Of a stretch of DNA of 64,000 bases, positions 16,285 through 24,933 are shown in pieces. Under the pieces are notes generated by a model. That model searched no databases and was not told the DNA's origin. It was given only the letters and a program-made list of their open reading frames with translations. Source of the DNA: a virus; IMG/VR virus record IMGVR_UViG_3300031976_000907, positions 7,351 through 71,350 of that record; one strand, 5' to 3'. The position numbers and the translations under genes are program-made. Every line of letters starts with the position of its first letter. Position 1 is the stretch's first letter.

Positions 16285-16472
16285 GCTTTGTTCTCCGTCG
16301 TTAATTCACGCAGTAGATGTTCATTGCCATCAGCATCGTAGTACTGAACGCACAATTGCTGGTTCCAATACAGTTCTTGCAGATATACAAAGACTGTTTT
16401 GTCACTCACAATGTCGCCTTCATCGAACTCCAGTTCGACAACGGCTCGAATATATTGTTTGGCTTGTTTCAT
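16281..16472 (-). CDS. Hypothetical protein
   Basis: 63 aa, GAGGGTGT-ATG start. Confidence 0.55.
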   Translation of the reverse strand: MKQAKQYIRAVVELEFDEGDIVSDKTVFVYLQELYWNQQLCVQYYDADGNEHLLRELTTENKA

Positions 16473-16660
16473 ACACCCTCTTCGTCGTCTTCAATCTCTA
16501 TTAATTTAGGTTTTGATAAGTTATTGATGGATGCACCTCGATAAGCACTAGAAGCCGCTTCGTACATCCGTAACAACTCATCATCAGCAACGGTAAGTGC
16601 ATGCCGTGGTGAATCAGCTTCCACAAACATCATTAGGTTTACTCGATAGATTTTCTTCAT
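16469..16660 (-). CDS. Hypothetical protein
   Basis: 63 aa, GGAGGGTGT-ATG start. Confidence 0.55.
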   Translation of the reverse strand: MKKIYRVNLMMFVEADSPRHALTVADDELLRMYEAASSAYRGASINNLSKPKLIEIEDDEEGV

Positions 16661-16668
16661 ACACCCTC

Positions 16669-17109
16669 CTACTTAATGGCAGTAAGGATTTTGTCGAGCT
16701 TGCCTGACTTTTCTAGCTCAGCCAGAGAAGACATTGCAGCTTCGGCACGCTCTAATAGAGCAACCATGCGTTCAAGACGCTCAAAGTTGGCAGTCTTTTC
16801 AATGCGCTGCACTCCATCTGAGATCCTTTGATAGGCGTCACGGACTTTGCCTGATACTTGCTTTACAGATTCAGTAATGGCTTTTTCTGATTGAGTGACG
16901 TCATCTGTACGTTGACGAATCACTTCTAAGTATTTATCTAGTTGCTCTGTTGCGTTGTTTAGATCATTGCTCATTTTTTTCACCCGTTTGGTTAAGTAGT
17001 TGCCAGCTTTGTCATCGTTTAGCATCGAAACGATAGCTTTAGTCACTGTTGTTTCTGCGAACAACGGTTCACCGCGTTCGATCTTCTCTATGCCGTTGTA
17101 TTCGTACAT
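16669..17109 (-). CDS. Coiled-coil hypothetical protein
   Basis: 146 aa helical heptads; GGAGGGTGT-ATG start. Confidence 0.6.
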   Translation of the reverse strand: MYEYNGIEKIERGEPLFAETTVTKAIVSMLNDDKAGNYLTKRVKKMSNDLNNATEQLDKYLEVIRQRTDDVTQSEKAITESVKQVSGKVRDAYQRISDGVQRIEKTANFERLERMVALLERAEAAMSSLAELEKSGKLDKILTAIK

Positions 17110-18002
17110 ACACCCTCCACTAGCTCTGGTTCAGCAAACTGAATCATCGCTTTTCTAAATGAATTACCTTGAGTGCTCACGTGATAGCCCTGAGCGTAGG
17201 TGCGACCACGTTTATCAACGCGGTGCGTTAGGTAAAACTCGTTACCTTGTTGGATTAGCTCCTTGTAGACTCGGTATGAGTCATTCACAAACTTCATCCA
17301 CTGCTCACGTTGCTTACCATCTTTGAAATCACGCTTAGGCGTCTCTGAAAGGGTAGTCAGCAACTCAACATTCAAGGTAAGCGGTACTTGATTGAACTTA
17401 TTGATACTGTCGAGGCAAATTTCACCTGTATGGAAGTTACCTTTACCCAGAATCATGCTTTCACGCTTGGTGAGATAGCCTGAGTCGTAATTACTGCGCA
17501 CTTTGTTAGGTGGACAGATCATTGGAGGAAGGTATTGAGCCTGCATCATGTAACGACGCAGTTCTTCAGACAGATCGTAGTTCGATACAATGTAAAGCGA
17601 GGCAAACTTATCCTCTTTGATAATGTCCCAGACATCTGCTTCACACAGTACAGCAAGTAGTTCACCCGCCATCTTTGCACCGTCACCTTTATCCGTCATA
17701 CCAATGACAGAGGCGACTTCACCTACAACAGAGGTGTAAAGCTCAGGTACTCTCTTTGGCACAACAACGTAGAAGATGTCATACACTAGCTCCAGCAAAT
17801 CTGTCTTACGCTCAACAAACTCAGCTATGCGCTGGTTCTTTGAGTCGTAATAGCTTTGGCTTACGTAATCTTGGATTAGATTGACGCACTCCAATGCCGA
17901 AGCGTGAAGCTCTGGGCACTCTGATATCTCCTGAATCAGTTTCTTCTTCACAGCACGTTTGCTGTACATGTTCTCGATCTCGCGTTGGTTCTCTATGTGC
18001 AT
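17088..18002 (-). CDS. N4-like RNA polymerase II subunit 1 (gp15-like)
   Basis: YLPPMICPP, SGYLT, THRVDKRGRTYAQGYHVSTQG (DxRGRxY). Confidence 0.93.
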   Translation of the reverse strand: MHIENQREIENMYSKRAVKKKLIQEISECPELHASALECVNLIQDYVSQSYYDSKNQRIAEFVERKTDLLELVYDIFYVVVPKRVPELYTSVVGEVASVIGMTDKGDGAKMAGELLAVLCEADVWDIIKEDKFASLYIVSNYDLSEELRRYMMQAQYLPPMICPPNKVRSNYDSGYLTKRESMILGKGNFHTGEICLDSINKFNQVPLTLNVELLTTLSETPKRDFKDGKQREQWMKFVNDSYRVYKELIQQGNEFYLTHRVDKRGRTYAQGYHVSTQGNSFRKAMIQFAEPELVEGVCTNTTA

Positions 18003-18111
18003 TGCGCCATTCCTCTCTTAGAAACTGTTCTTCTTGCAGTTCAATACGACCCCATTCGGCGTCTTCCCACTGCTCAATCAATGAATAAGGCATCTGTCTG
18101 TGCTCCAAAAC

Positions 18112-18134
18112 AAAAGGGAGCCGAAGCTCCCTTT
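18112..18134 (-). terminator. Terminator of early unit 3 (UUCG loop)
   Basis: AAAGGGAGC-TTCG-GCTCCCTTTT on the minus strand just after the 18140 stop. Confidence 0.7.
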
Positions 18135-18139
18135 ATGGT

Positions 18140-18406
18140 TTATGCGAATGCCAGCTTAGGCGCTTCACTCTCTTCGTTAAGAAGATTAAGACTGACTTCG
18201 AACTTAGCGTTCTCAATCTGGTCAGCGTGCTCAACTAAGAAACGCTGGGTTTCACCAATACGACCACGTTTGTCACCGTACAGCGGAATACCACCAACCT
18301 GACGAGAACCGTCAGAAAGAACTACGTTCACGTTCAAGTAACCTACAACCTCAGAACGCTCTGAAGTGATAGAAGAAAGCTGTGCAGAAGGTTTACGAAT
18401 AGCCAT
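18140..18406 (-). CDS. N4 gp2/Drc-like ssDNA-binding RNAPII cofactor
   Basis: GYLNV...GGIPL motif, size and early position; ATG 18406 with GGAG RBS. Confidence 0.65.
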   Translation of the reverse strand: MAIRKPSAQLSSITSERSEVVGYLNVNVVLSDGSRQVGGIPLYGDKRGRIGETQRFLVEHADQIENAKFEVSLNLLNEESEAPKLAFA

Positions 18407-18444
18407 GAGAATATCTCCGATAGTTAGAATAATTTGGGACGAAC

Positions 18445-18465
18445 CCACACCTGCGCGACAGCGCA
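18445..18465 (-). promoter_or_regulatory. Candidate vRNAP hairpin promoter P3 (template is the + strand)
   Basis: CC ACACC TGCGC GACA GCGCA; same motif at 19122 and 19549. Confidence 0.7.
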
Positions 18466-18601
18466 TTGCTTATAATTAAATCGAATTGATTGATCGAGAA
18501 AGGATCACTAAACTGCGGCGTTAGCTGCACCACCAGTGTTATGTTTAGTGAGTAGTGTTGTGTATGGTAGAACCCCTGTGTTCTACCGTATGTATATAGT
18601 T

Positions 18602-18621
18602 AAAAAGCTCCCGAAGGAGCT
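18602..18621 (-). terminator. Terminator of early unit 2
   Basis: AGCTCC-TTCG-GGAGCTTTTT on the minus strand. Confidence 0.75.
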
Positions 18622-18635
18622 AATTAATATATCGG

Positions 18636-18728
18636 TTAGGACCATGTAGATAGTTCTAACAATATAGCGATAGTCCACACACCAAGGGTGAAGATGGTCA
18701 GTGGAAGCATTCGGTAGTTACCCATCAT
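18636..18728 (-). CDS. 30-aa hydrophobic early peptide (not in ORF track)
   Basis: MMGNYRMLPLTIFTLGVWTIAILLELSTWS; AAGGAG RBS; ends just before the terminator. Confidence 0.55.
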   Translation of the reverse strand: MMGNYRMLPLTIFTLGVWTIAILLELSTWS

Positions 18729-18739
18729 AATGAGACTCC

Positions 18740-18958
18740 TTAAGCAGCTGTTTGGTAGGCTTTAGACCATTGTTCATGAAGCTGGTCATAACGATACTCT
18801 TCGTTAGAACCCCCGTAGTTATCCATCTCGTAGTTAAGGCACTCGATATCGAGCATGATCTGCATTTGCTCATACGTATTAGGATCGTATGCGTCATAAT
18901 GCTCACTGAGATGGAGATCGTTGTACATGTCTAAGATATGCGCTGGGTAATCACACAT
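18740..18958 (-). CDS. Acidic early protein
   Basis: MCDYPAH... start with GGAGGA RBS, overlapping the upstream stop. Confidence 0.6.
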   Translation of the reverse strand: MCDYPAHILDMYNDLHLSEHYDAYDPNTYEQMQIMLDIECLNYEMDNYGGSNEEYRYDQLHEQWSKAYQTAA

Positions 18959-19100
18959 TGTATAGATCCTCCCACTCGATAGAGTCACGGCTAAGTACCG
19001 TATCGATGTCGATGTTAATTAGTTCATCGTAATTAGAGACTTTAAATTCAATTGAATTTTCATCAATGAATTCAGGTAATTGAACAGTTAATTCAAGCAT
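18951..19100 (-). CDS. 49-aa acidic early protein (not in ORF track)
   Basis: MLELTVQLPEFIDENSIEFKVSNYDELINIDIDTVLSRDSIEWEDLYNV; GGAGGA RBS. Confidence 0.65.
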   Translation of the reverse strand: MLELTVQLPEFIDENSIEFKVSNYDELINIDIDTVLSRDSIEWEDLYNV

Positions 19101-19121
19101 GGTAATTCCTCCGATTAGTTA

Positions 19122-19141
19122 CCTCACCTGAGCGACAGCTC
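19122..19141 (-). promoter_or_regulatory. Candidate vRNAP hairpin promoter P2
   Basis: CC TCACCT GAGC GACA GCTC. Confidence 0.7.
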
Positions 19142-19192
19142 TCTTACTTATTAGAATGATCTATCTCTGATTGGTTGTGTTGTGTGAGCTTT

Positions 19193-19212
19193 AAACCCAC
19201 CGAAGGTGGGTT
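19193..19212 (-). terminator. Terminator of early unit 1
   Basis: AACCCACC/GGTGGGTT stem at the stop of the 19211-19303 peptide; short U-tract. Confidence 0.6.
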
Positions 19213-19303
19213 AGATGTAGCCTAGCGTTGCTGCTACTACAAGGGTAATGCCTGTGATGAGAGTGAGGACGTATGGTACGTCCTCCAGGAGAAGCTTAGT
19301 CAT
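19211..19303 (-). CDS. 30-aa single-TM early peptide (not in ORF track)
   Basis: MTKLLLEDVPYVLTLITGITLVVAATLGYI; AAGGAG RBS; overlaps the upstream stop. Confidence 0.55.
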   Translation of the reverse strand: MTKLLLEDVPYVLTLITGITLVVAATLGYI

Positions 19304-19508
19304 CAAGACCAAGCTCCTTTGATAGATCGATGAGACGCTTACGAGTGCGTAGCTCATGCTCTTGATTCTCAGCACCTGCTTCACGCTCTACGATAGAGAC
19401 GCCGTGATCAGTGGCTATTACCAATTTCTCTGTGGTATCCACAGCAAGATTGAAAAGGTTTAGAAGCTTAAGAGTAGAAGACCAGAAAGCTGATAGTACT
19501 TCACGCAT
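19296..19508 (-). CDS. First early gene (N4 gp1 position)
   Basis: 70 aa, GGAGGA RBS, directly after P1. Confidence 0.65.
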   Translation of the reverse strand: MREVLSAFWSSTLKLLNLFNLAVDTTEKLVIATDHGVSIVEREAGAENQEHELRTRKRLIDLSKELGLDD

Positions 19509-19548
19509 TGTTAATTCCTCCGAGGTTTGAATGCATTCGGCGAGATCG

Positions 19549-19567
19549 CCATACCTAAGCGACAGCT
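19549..19567 (-). promoter_or_regulatory. Candidate vRNAP hairpin promoter P1
   Basis: CC ATACCT AAGC GACA GCT (shortest stem of the three). Confidence 0.62.
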
Positions 19568-19873
19568 AACGGTGGGTAGGGTAGTTGGAAATATTTCCAG
19601 ATAAACGTATAGGGGGGGTAGTTCACCTGAAGTTGCTCTAAACACTACAGTAATGAACTCATCCTAATTTTTTAAAATCTGTAAAAAGTTGGTGTATAAA
19701 TTTTGCACAAAAAAAATCCCCGAACTTTCGAACGGGGATAATCAACCATGAGAGTGAACCTACAAATATGTAAGCCAACGAGAGTTATATTACGTTGTGA
19801 TCTAATAAAAACAATATTTATTTATATCGGTGCACTGGTATATTAAGCGCATTACTTTGTTATTGGTTTTATT

Positions 19874-20581
19874 ATGTCTGACTTTACTGTCGATCAAATT
19901 CAAGCAGCCCTTCCTCCTTCTGTTAAAAAATCTGTGAATCAAGAAGTTATAGATAATATAAATGCCTTGGTTCAAGATCCTGAGATGCGTGAAATATATC
20001 GTGAGAACTTAGTTTCTTATGTTCATGTATTACAGAACGGTAAGTTTAAATTAACTAATTATTTAGACGCTGTGCGTTATGTTAGTTATAAATTGATGGG
20101 TGATACTAATATTGGGGCTTATACAAAAGCGTTCCCCGATAAAATACAGAGATTTGAGAAGCAGGGTGTAGCGAGTAAAGATATTGCGAGTTATGTCAGT
20201 GCTTATAATAAATCTAAGTTGGTTAATTTAATTTATGAGCAAACACTGGTTCCTTCTTGGGTATTAAACCAAGACTTATATCAGAAGGCGCTTAATGTGC
20301 AGGCAGAGTTAATGCTGACAGCTAAGAGTGAGAAGGTGCGCAGTGATGCTGCTAACTCGCTGCTGACGCAGCTCAAGCAGCCTGAGACACAGAAGGTGCA
20401 GTTGGATGTAGGTATTAAAGAGGACAAGACCATTGATGCTCTTAGAGCTTCTACGATGGAGCTAGTGGCACAGCAAAGGGCTATGTTACAGAGTGGTGCT
20501 ATGCATGCCCAAGAGGTTGCTCATACGAAGTTAGTTGTTGATGCCGAGTATGAGGATGTAAGTGATGCCAGTGGTTCTTGA
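19874..20581 (+). CDS. N4 gp69-like protein (putative terminase small subunit)
   Basis: YLDAVRYVSYKLMG...AYNKSKLVNLIYEQ...KSEKVRSDAANSLL; upstream of terL. Confidence 0.8.
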   Translation: MSDFTVDQIQAALPPSVKKSVNQEVIDNINALVQDPEMREIYRENLVSYVHVLQNGKFKLTNYLDAVRYVSYKLMGDTNIGAYTKAFPDKIQRFEKQGVASKDIASYVSAYNKSKLVNLIYEQTLVPSWVLNQDLYQKALNVQAELMLTAKSEKVRSDAANSLLTQLKQPETQKVQLDVGIKEDKTIDALRASTMELVAQQRAMLQSGAMHAQEVAHTKLVVDAEYEDVSDASGS

Positions 20582-20711
20582 GTACCAAGCTATATTGTTG
20601 ATGAGCTTGTTGATTGTAGCTGCCACACTAAGTGTGCTGGGCATGATGGGCATATTTATTGGGGTATTCCCTAGCTTTGATGACGAAGAGGATGACGATG
20701 AGCCTCAATGA
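20565..20711 (+). CDS. 48-aa membrane peptide with acidic tail (not in ORF track)
   Basis: MPVVLEYQAILLMSLLIVAATLSVLGMMGIFIGVFPSFDDEEDDDEPQ; GAGGA RBS; bridges terS-like and terL. Confidence 0.5.
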   Translation: MPVVLEYQAILLMSLLIVAATLSVLGMMGIFIGVFPSFDDEEDDDEPQ

Positions 20712-22290
20712 AGCCATGAAGGTTGAGGAATATCTCAATCAGACAGACTACGGTGTTGATAAAGATTACGTTCCAAGTGACTTTGCACTGGAGTTTGTGA
20801 CGTTTATTAAGCTGGTTAATGGTGCTGATGGTGAGGAGAACCTTACACCGTTAGTGCATTACAAGATGCTCGATACGATTACCAAGAATGGGACGAGGAT
20901 TGCCAACCTGTGTCACCGTGGTATTGCTAAGACGACAGTAATGGGTGAGTACTTGTTCTTGTATCTGGCAACGTACGGTGCGATTCCTGGTTTTGGTGGT
21001 GTAGATCTAGCGTTATACGTATCGGATTCTATCGAGAACGGTGTAAAGAACATGCGTAAGAACCTTGAGTTCCGTTGGGAGAACTCAGAGTTTCTGAAAC
21101 AGTACGTACCCTCCGCACGATTTACTGATATTCGCTGGGAATTTACGAATGCTGATGGGCATACGTTTATTGTTAAGGGATATGGTGCAAAAACAGGTGT
21201 TCGTGGTGCCAAAGAGATGGGGCAACGTCCTACATTGGCGGTACTCGATGACTTGATTAGCGATGAAGACGCACGAAGTGCGACTGTAATCGCTGCTATT
21301 GAAGATACTGTCTACAAAGCGGTGAACTTTGCACTACATCCACGTAAAAATATGATTATTTGGAGTGGTACGCCGTTTAATGCGAAGGATCCACTGTATA
21401 AAGCGGTGGAATCTGGGGCTTGGGAGGTTAACGTCTTCCCGGTGTGTGAACGATTCCCCTGTGAGCCGTCTGATTTCCGTGGATCATGGGCAGATCGCTT
21501 TACTTATGACTATGTTAAGGCGCAATACGACAGTGCCGTGAAGCTAGGTAAGGTTGATACGTTTAACCAAGAGCTTATGTTGCGGATTATGTCAGATGAA
21601 GATCGTCTGATTATGGATCACGACATCAGTTGGTATAAACGAGGTAGCGTTGTAAACAACAAAAACCTGTTCAACTTCTATATCACGACTGACTTTGCTA
21701 CATCAGAGAAGACCAGTGCTGACTTTAGCGTAATAAGCGTATGGGCGTACAACAACAACGGCGATTGGTTGTGGGTAGACGGTGTATGTAAGCGTCAGTT
21801 AATGGATGCCAACATCAACGATCTATTTAGATTGGCTCAAGAGTACCGACCACAGCAAGTGGGTATCGAAGTCACTGGTCAGCAAGGTGGTTTTATACAA
21901 TGGGTACAAGATCAAATGTTGCAGCGTAATATTTATTTTCCGTTGGCTTCAGAAGGTAATAACTCCCGCCCTGGTATTCGTCCGAATACTAATAAAATGG
22001 TTCGATTTAATACAATGGTTCCATTATTTAAAGCCAATAAAATATTTTTCCCGCAAGAATATAAAGAGAACCCAGTTATTATCGAAGCGCTCGATGAATT
22101 AACTTTGGCATCTCCTGCTGGTTTTAAATCTAAGCACGATGATTTTATCGATACTATTTCAATGTTGAGTTCATTAATGCCTTGGAAACCTACTCAACAC
22201 GGTAATTTAAAAAATAGTAGCGATGGCGATATTTGGGATGTGGATATTGATACACAAGATGAAAACCGTATTACATCGTATATAGTTTAG
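20698..22290 (+). CDS. terL: Terminase large subunit (N4 gp68-like)
   Basis: CHRGIAKTT Walker A variant, AVLDD Walker B, GTP, nuclease TTDFA...DFS and HDDFID. Confidence 0.93.
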   Translation: MSLNEAMKVEEYLNQTDYGVDKDYVPSDFALEFVTFIKLVNGADGEENLTPLVHYKMLDTITKNGTRIANLCHRGIAKTTVMGEYLFLYLATYGAIPGFGGVDLALYVSDSIENGVKNMRKNLEFRWENSEFLKQYVPSARFTDIRWEFTNADGHTFIVKGYGAKTGVRGAKEMGQRPTLAVLDDLISDEDARSATVIAAIEDTVYKAVNFALHPRKNMIIWSGTPFNAKDPLYKAVESGAWEVNVFPVCERFPCEPSDFRGSWADRFTYDYVKAQYDSAVKLGKVDTFNQELMLRIMSDEDRLIMDHDISWYKRGSVVNNKNLFNFYITTDFATSEKTSADFSVISVWAYNNNGDWLWVDGVCKRQLMDANINDLFRLAQEYRPQQVGIEVTGQQGGFIQWVQDQMLQRNIYFPLASEGNNSRPGIRPNTNKMVRFNTMVPLFKANKIFFPQEYKENPVIIEALDELTLASPAGFKSKHDDFIDTISMLSSLMPWKPTQHGNLKNSSDGDIWDVDIDTQDENRITSYIV

Positions 22291-22340
22291 CAACGTAATC
22301 TATACAATGAACCTCATATATTAACGCGTTGAGGTTCATT

Positions 22341-22973
22341 ATGTTTTTGGCTGACATCTTTCAGTATTTATCACGAGGAGAACTCTCGCAGTTTGCCTTG
22401 GGTACTGAAAATAGTGGACGTGTTTCTGAAGATGATTATGAGCAGATTATTACTCATATTAATCTTGGTCTAACAAACTTATTTTCTCGTCTGCCAATTA
22501 AACAAAAGCAGCAGATATTTACGCTTAAAGCAGCCCAAACTGAATATACAGTCGATTCAGATGTTTTACGTATCGAAGAAGTTTACTCAGAAGCCGGTAA
22601 TAAATTCGCATTGAACGACTCATCAAACGATGAATCTCTGTTCACTCCAGCATTCAACACACTACAGGTTCCAAATCCAGTTGACGGTACACGTATCGCA
22701 GTTCTCTATCGCGCTAACCACGAGCGTATTCCCGCTAAACGAGGAATCGATCCAAAGAGTGTGGTTGTCGATATGCCTGACATTCTGATTGAACCTTTAC
22801 TAGCGTACGTCGTGAGCCGAGTGATGCAGAGCCGTGGAACGGCGGAAAGCATCGGTGAGGCGAGCGCGTACATGCAGAAATACGAAATGCTTCTACAGCA
22901 GATTCAGTCTACTGGGCTGTACACCGCTGATATGCAAACCAATACCAAATTGAGGGATAACGGATGGGTATAA
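22341..22973 (+). CDS. Head-tail adaptor (N4 gp67-like)
   Basis: LSRGELSQ...INLGLTNLFSRL...NTKLRDNGWV; position after terL. Confidence 0.75.
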   Translation: MFLADIFQYLSRGELSQFALGTENSGRVSEDDYEQIITHINLGLTNLFSRLPIKQKQQIFTLKAAQTEYTVDSDVLRIEEVYSEAGNKFALNDSSNDESLFTPAFNTLQVPNPVDGTRIAVLYRANHERIPAKRGIDPKSVVVDMPDILIEPLLAYVVSRVMQSRGTAESIGEASAYMQKYEMLLQQIQSTGLYTADMQTNTKLRDNGWV

Positions 22974-23368
22974 CAAGTACCTTTACGTCTGCTGATAGCA
23001 CCGCTACAGAGGCTACCGAATCTGCGTACGAAGCCATTGCTACCTACAAATATGTACAAGGTGACACTGGCCCACAGATTCGTTTGACGTTTACAGATGA
23101 AGACACAGGCACAGTTACTGATCTGACTAATGCGACTGTAACGCTTCACTTCCGTGCACAGGGAACAACTACTGCATTGTTCTCACGTGAGCTATTTGTA
23201 AACGCTGATACTGCTACCAATGGTCAAGCCATCCTTGCATGGGATGCAGGTGATCTAGACCAACCAGCTGGTGTTTACGAAGGTGAGATCGAAGTTGTTC
23301 GTGCTTCAGGCATTCGTGAAACGTTGTACAACGTCTTGAAGTTCGAGATCCGAGCTGAATTCGCATGA
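22964..23368 (+). CDS. BppU-N-like fibre attachment protein
   Basis: VQGDTGP...DLTNATV...GVYEGEIEV pattern. Confidence 0.6.
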   Translation: MGITSTFTSADSTATEATESAYEAIATYKYVQGDTGPQIRLTFTDEDTGTVTDLTNATVTLHFRAQGTTTALFSRELFVNADTATNGQAILAWDAGDLDQPAGVYEGEIEVVRASGIRETLYNVLKFEIRAEFA

Positions 23369-24918
23369 AAATCAAATCAGAACTCATAAGCAAAACGCAG
23401 CTTAAAGCGCTAGAGCGCTTAGGTACTGACGTTGAAGCTAAGGTTATTAATGCCCTCGACGTTGCCGTGCAACGTCTTGGCTTAAAAGCTGCGAGTTCTG
23501 AAATTGCTCGACTATCTGTTGCTACAGAGTTGGGTCACTTCCTGATTGAACGTGTCATCGACGGTAAGTTGAATGTCAGCGATATGACTACCAACGTTGA
23601 TGAATTCATCATGGAATTCTTCAAGTCGCTTACTGATGAGAGTGGTGTTGCAGAAGCTATTTCAAACCACTTAAACAAGGTGCTTGTAGATACTGGTTTA
23701 ACTACTGACATCCAGAAGATGGCGTTCTTCAAAGCTGCCATTGATAGCGTTGGATCAACTGACTCACACTTTACTGAGTTCTCTAAAGCACTGCGCGATG
23801 CGTCAAGCGCCAGCGATACGCAGAGCGTGCATCTGCTTAAACCATTACTAGATGCTGGCGCAATGAACGATGTTCAAACGTTCCACAGCATCAAGGTATT
23901 AAAAGAGATTTCAGAGCTGTCAGAGCACTACGCTATGGCGCTCTCTAAGCCTCTCACAGATGAGTCGAGTGCTACCGATACAAACACTCTAGCGTTCACC
24001 AAACAGCGTTCAGATGAGAGCGTATTAAGCGACACAGACTACCTAAGCGTAGGTAAAGCTCTTGTTGATGGATCGTCGTTTGGTGAGCGTTTAGTTAGCG
24101 ATATAACTAAGCCTCTAACTGAAGGTACAAGCACAGATGATGTGCACACTCTGTTTACCGTTAAGCCTCTTGGGGACGTGGTAAACAGTGTAGAGGATCA
24201 CGCGTTTATCTTGACTCGTAAACTGCGTGAAAGCTTTACAAGCACGTTAGATACCCAAGTACTTCATACCAACAAAGCCAGACACGATGACGCTGGCTTA
24301 ACTGATGTTGAGTACTTAAGTGTCGGTAAAATTCTGGAAGAAGCCAGCACACTATCAGACAAGCAATACCGCGTTGTATTCAAAGCACTGACAGACGCTC
24401 TTGGCGTAACTGATGACTGGGATGGTGAAGCATCAATCCTGGACGACCAGGAGATGATCTTTCACAAGCAGCGTAAAGAGATTGCGACAGTTAATGATGA
24501 GATCTATATACGTGCCCAGTTCTTCCGTCAGTTCTTAGACAGTGCGCAGCTAACTGACGTTGCAGCACTGGCAACAAATAAATTGCTTCAAGACACTGGG
24601 CTTATCAGTGAAAGCCGCTACACCGCTACAAACAAGGGCTTATCAGAGGTTTCAGCAGTACAAGACGCTACAGCCCATGCAACACATAAGTTTACTGCCG
24701 ACACTTCAACACTTACTGAGACGCACAGCTTTACCTTACTTAAGCGCATCTCTGATGAAGTGTCAGTGGCTCAAGAATTCGGCATGGTGCGCAATCGCGC
24801 TCAACAGCCAGCCGAAACCGCTTCGTTTTCCGACACGGGGCGTCTAATTAGTCAGGGGTATGTCTCTGATGCAACTTACTTTGCGGATGACTATGTCGGA
24901 GCGTCCAGAACTTTCTAA
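23365..24918 (+). CDS. 18-aa-repeat structural (fibre/stalk) protein
   Basis: K-x-L-x-D/E periodicity every 18 residues. Confidence 0.65.
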   Translation: MKIKSELISKTQLKALERLGTDVEAKVINALDVAVQRLGLKAASSEIARLSVATELGHFLIERVIDGKLNVSDMTTNVDEFIMEFFKSLTDESGVAEAISNHLNKVLVDTGLTTDIQKMAFFKAAIDSVGSTDSHFTEFSKALRDASSASDTQSVHLLKPLLDAGAMNDVQTFHSIKVLKEISELSEHYAMALSKPLTDESSATDTNTLAFTKQRSDESVLSDTDYLSVGKALVDGSSFGERLVSDITKPLTEGTSTDDVHTLFTVKPLGDVVNSVEDHAFILTRKLRESFTSTLDTQVLHTNKARHDDAGLTDVEYLSVGKILEEASTLSDKQYRVVFKALTDALGVTDDWDGEASILDDQEMIFHKQRKEIATVNDEIYIRAQFFRQFLDSAQLTDVAALATNKLLQDTGLISESRYTATNKGLSEVSAVQDATAHATHKFTADTSTLTETHSFTLLKRISDEVSVAQEFGMVRNRAQQPAETASFSDTGRLISQGYVSDATYFADDYVGASRTF

Positions 24919-24933
24919 CAGAGGAAAATCTCG

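Noticed and set aside
1930-19212. Many A-tract plus GAA/GGA-loop hairpins on the + strand (1930, 13371, 14284, 14793, 16055, 18112, 18602, 19193) resembling N4 vRNAP promoters
   Set aside because: Most sit right after minus-strand stop codons, read as UUCG/UCCG terminators with U-tracts, and lack the N4 spacing to a CC start; a dual role is not fully excluded
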